Assembly (NCBI GenBank): GCA_039920285.1
Contig: JBDSDX010000001.1
Location: 180,001-212,000, forward strand
DNA length: 32,000 nucleotides
Direction of reading: 5' to 3'
Source: Candidatus Saccharimonadota bacterium
Lineage (GTDB): Bacteria; Patescibacteriota; Saccharimonadia; Saccharimonadales; Saccharimonadaceae
The position numbers were made by a program, and so were the translations under genes. The notes under the pieces are model-generated. The model was not told the DNA's origin, did not search any database, and worked only from the letters and a program-made list of their open reading frames with translations. The number at the start of each line of letters is the position of its first letter. The first letter of the stretch is position 1. Of this stretch, positions 29,239-32,000 are shown piece by piece.

Positions 29239-32000
29239 TTAGAACGAGTAGAGAGGGGTATCCACCGGTTGCTGCAGACCGCCAGTAAAGGTTCGGCCAT
29301 GAAGCAGGCGTTTACTAGGGTCAGCGGTGAACTGGAGTGTGAGGTCAGTGATCGTTGGACCGCGGGTGTAATCATCAGGATACCCAAAGGCCTGGGAGCT
29401 GTCGACAGCAACATTGAAGTAGTAATAACGGGCACAATTTGTATTGGTACCTGCCGCGTTCTTTGGAGTATAGGTACCAGGAAGACCCAGTGTGACATCA
29501 CCAAAGACTGTCTCTTGACCCCACGTCGTCATGGCGGGACTCGTACAAACTGTCGTCGGATTAGTCATTGAACGATAGCGTAGTTGCCATTTGGCACCAA
29601 TCGCGTTGTCGACACCGTTAAGGAGCCAGTAGGCAGGGTAGACATCCGAGTCTGTATCAACGGCGATTGAATAACGAGCGACTTGAGGCTGTGTTAACAG
29701 TGTGGTTTGTTGAACGACAGGACTCGCATAGGTGAGTGTCGTTCCACAGGCTCCTCCAATGACGTATGCTTTTCCGTTATAGTACACAGCGGCATTTCCG
29801 TAACGAGCACCAGTATAGCGTTGATTGGTTTGATACCACTCACCGATACCAGTAGGGTTGTTACCTGATGAAATCGTTGTGTTGGCACTAATTGGTGCAA
29901 CAAGAGTGATCGGGCTGCAAGATGTTGCTGACGACCTTCCTCCTATGAGATATATATAGCCGTTGGCAGCAAAGCCATCGCCATTTGCAATTGGTCCAGG
30001 GAGGCTTGCGGTGTATATCCATGTACCGGCATTTCCTGTTGAAGGGCTTATTTTACTGTATTGAACATCACTCAGGTAATTAGCGCCGTCATAGCCACCC
30101 ATTAGGTAGAGGTTATTGGCATAAGATATGGCCGTCCCGCCGCGGCGAGCTACGTCGAAACTGGTACTTGTAGTCGACCATCCCGATGTAATATTTCCGC
30201 CAGAGTTGAGTTGAGGACTGACGTAGACGGTATTACACACGTTACTGCCTGTACAACCGGTACCCGTGCCTGCACCACCCATCACATAAAGACGATTGTT
30301 CCAGCTCGTTGCAGCGAAGTCAGTTCGGCCAGCTGGTAGTCCATTGCTCGCTGTCCCCCATGAGGTAATATTTCCACTTGATGGAGTAGCATAGTACACT
30401 TCGGCTCGTCGATCAGTTGAAGTGCTACTTTGACCACCAATGTAATAGAGTGAAGATCCTGCTGAACGTAAACTACCCCAGGCTCTGACTGCCGGTAAGG
30501 CGGCAGTTGTATCCGTCCATGTACCGACGTTTCCGTTCACATCAATGGCCGCATAAGAAACCGTATTGATTGCGGTTGTACAGTCGGTTGTGCTCGTACA
30601 ACCACCTGCCGCATAAAGATAGCCATTGAGGACTGCACTCGTGACACCTATTCGATTTGGAGATGTTCCGTATGTATTTGCTGATGTGCTATAACCAGCT
30701 GGTGCGCCACTATCGTTGTTATAGATCTGGAAGGTCTGAATAACGTCTGTGCGTGTCGTACACCCACCTGGGCTTGCACCCACTGTACACCCACCGATAA
30801 CATACGCAAATGAGTTCGAAACTGGCACACTTAGGCCCCAACGCTGGCTAATAGTTACTGAAGAGACGTGGAAGCTATCTGTGACGGTACCGAGACTTCC
30901 ATCACTGACATTCACTTTAATAAACTCAATATCAGCCAGAACACCTGATGCTGCTTCGTACCCACCAACGACGTAGATATAGCCGTTATACCCAAAGGCC
31001 GCTGCACGACGCCTACCTACCGCCATAATATTTGGCGACTCAGTCCAGCCTGACGACGCGGCTATCACGACATTATTTGAATCATCGAACTTTGCGTAAC
31101 GGACGGTTTTAAGGTCTTGTTGGTTTGGCGACACTCCACCAATAAGATAAATGTATCCGGCATATACTGTCCCACTCATGATGCCAAGTCCAGATGAACT
31201 ATCTCCTGGGATGACCCCAATTTGTAATTGGCTCGTTGTCGTGCAACCAGTGAGTGTACCAGCAACTTGAATACTACATTTATAGACGTTCGCACTATAT
31301 GCAGTACACCCTGCAGATGATGAGGCTGAGCAACCCCCGAATACATAAAGGTTTCCAGGGTTAGTGCCGGCGGAAACTGGATTCGCTCGTGCATAAGCAA
31401 ATAGGTAAGAGACAGAGTTCATACCGAGCCCTGTCATTGACTGACTCGTCCAAGCGTTGATACTTCCGTCGCTATTGAGGTCTGTTCTATTTACTAGATT
31501 GGCGTTACCGGATCCTGTTAATCCACCAACCAAGTAGACACGGTTATTGAAGATGACAGGACTTGCAGCGGCTAATCCACCAGATATTGTATTGACGGTA
31601 TCTACGCACCAGGTTCCTCCTTGGTAGGCTCCGTTTGGACAGGTTGCAGGTTTACTCATTTGACCTGTCGAGGAAATAGCAACATAGGCAACGTTTCCCA
31701 TGGTGGTTGAACACAAATTATTCGTACACCCACCAACGACGTAGAGGTATCCATTACTAATAAACGAACTGTTAAGCATGTTGCCAATATTTGAAGTTCC
31801 GGGGAGGTCACATTCTGTTGGTGATCCGCCTGTACAGCTACCCACACCACTTGTGACTGATTGATCAACGGTTGATGCATCACCATCATCGTTAATCACA
31901 CCGTAATTAATACTTGCCAACATACCGGAATTACAGTCTCCTGTTGTGGTGTTCTGAGCTGAGCAACCTCCGACTTCATATACTCTATCTCGCCATGATA
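29239..32000 (-). CDS. very large Kelch-repeat (beta-propeller) surface protein, 5' end outside the window
   Basis: More than 15 repeats of the hydrophobic-GG blade motif occur (YLYVVGGC, VYLVGGL, IYLIGGV, IYVVGGY, LYVMGGA, LYLMGGYDG, IYLIGGR, AYVIGGA). The frame stays open upstream of Met 31923 to the window edge (…RVYEVGGCSAQNTTTGDCNSGM…). Confidence 0.75.
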   Translation of the reverse strand, partial: SWRDRVYEVGGCSAQNTTTGDCNSGMLASINYGVINDDGDASTVDQSVTSGVGSCTGGSPTECDLPGTSNIGNMLNSSFISNGYLYVVGGCTNNLCSTTMGNVAYVAISSTGQMSKPATCPNGAYQGGTWCVDTVNTISGGLAAASPVIFNNRVYLVGGLTGSGNANLVNRTDLNSDGSINAWTSQSMTGLGMNSVSYLFAYARANPVSAGTNPGNLYVFGGCSASSSAGCTAYSANVYKCSIQVAGTLTGCTTTSQLQIGVIPGDSSSGLGIMSGTVYAGYIYLIGGVSPNQQDLKTVRYAKFDDSNNVVIAASSGWTESPNIMAVGRRRAAAFGYNGYIYVVGGYEAASGVLADIEFIKVNVSDGSLGTVTDSFHVSSVTISQRWGLSVPVSNSFAYVIGGCTVGASPGGCTTRTDVIQTFQIYNNDSGAPAGYSTSANTYGTSPNRIGVTSAVLNGYLYAAGGCTSTTDCTTAINTVSYAAIDVNGNVGTWTDTTAALPAVRAWGSLRSAGSSLYYIGGQSSTSTDRRAEVYYATPSSGNITSWGTASNGLPAGRTDFAATSWNNRLYVMGGAGTGTGCTGSNVCNTVYVSPQLNSGGNITSGWSTTSTSFDVARRGGTAISYANNLYLMGGYDGANYLSDVQYSKISPSTGNAGTWIYTASLPGPIANGDGFAANGYIYLIGGRSSATSCSPITLVAPISANTTISSGNNPTGIGEWYQTNQRYTGARYGNAAVYYNGKAYVIGGACGTTLTYASPVVQQTTLLTQPQVARYSIAVDTDSDVYPAYWLLNGVDNAIGAKWQLRYRSMTNPTTVCTSPAMTTWGQETVFGDVTLGLPGTYTPKNAAGTNTNCARYYYFNVAVDSSQAFGYPDDYTRGPTITDLTLQFTADPSKRLLHGRTFTGGLQQPVDTPLYSF

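Noticed and set aside
29182-29571. 129-aa (+) and 96-aa (-) ORFs overlapping the Kelch gene 3' end
   Set aside because: They are alternative or antisense frames within the 2.7-kb Kelch ORF and have no independent signals.
1-32000. CRISPR arrays, rRNA genes, IS elements/transposases, additional tRNAs
   Set aside because: I scanned for regularly spaced direct repeats, terminal inverted repeats with transposase ORFs, and cloverleaf-capable segments. None were found beyond the degenerate tRNA-3'-end fragments reported above, which lack 5' halves.

Overview
This 32-kb window is from a moderately AT-rich bacterial genome using the standard code (TGA is a stop). The gene content is a sortase with a cognate cell-wall-sorted protein, a giant Kelch-repeat surface protein, a LexA-like protein with only a DNA-binding domain, and many small membrane-anchored proteins. 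This is reminiscent of Saccharibacteria/CPR-like small genomes, but taxonomy cannot be verified here. Layout: (1) 1-1344 is core: an O-antigen-ligase-like gene end, the LexA-like wHTH gene and a small ORF. (2) tRNA-Asn(GTT) lies at 1345-1419. (3) 1401-10838 is a ~9.4-kb, visibly more AT-rich integrated element. It is bounded by a perfect 20-bp direct repeat of the tRNA 3' end and carries a large serine recombinase, small regulators or unknowns, and a DUF805 membrane protein. Its main cargo is a translationally coupled operon: a 1055-aa PHP-phosphoesterase::Rad50/SMC-like ABC ATPase and a DUF2130 (RmuC-like PD-(D/E)xK) nuclease. A convergent HEPN-like (RxxxxH) ORF follows. This operon is my best candidate for an undescribed or poorly described defence system. 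(4) 10839-14700 holds three further small cargo modules: a 2-TM 430-aa protein, a 124-aa unknown, and an arsR-SRPBCC-MBL operon. Each module ends in a degenerate copy of the tRNA 3' end plus a terminator hairpin, which suggests serial island accretion at this tRNA. (5) 14.7-32 kb is ordinary chromosome: a csoR-unknown-copB copper operon with a perfect CsoR-type operator, a DUF488-UDG pair, the sortase substrate and sortase, MscS, Hpt, an amylo-alpha-1,6-glucosidase-family (GDE_C) protein, a membrane-FNR fusion oxidoreductase, small membrane-anchored proteins, and a 5'-truncated Kelch beta-propeller giant. No CRISPR array, rRNA or transposase was seen. All domain calls come from motif recognition by eye, not from searches.
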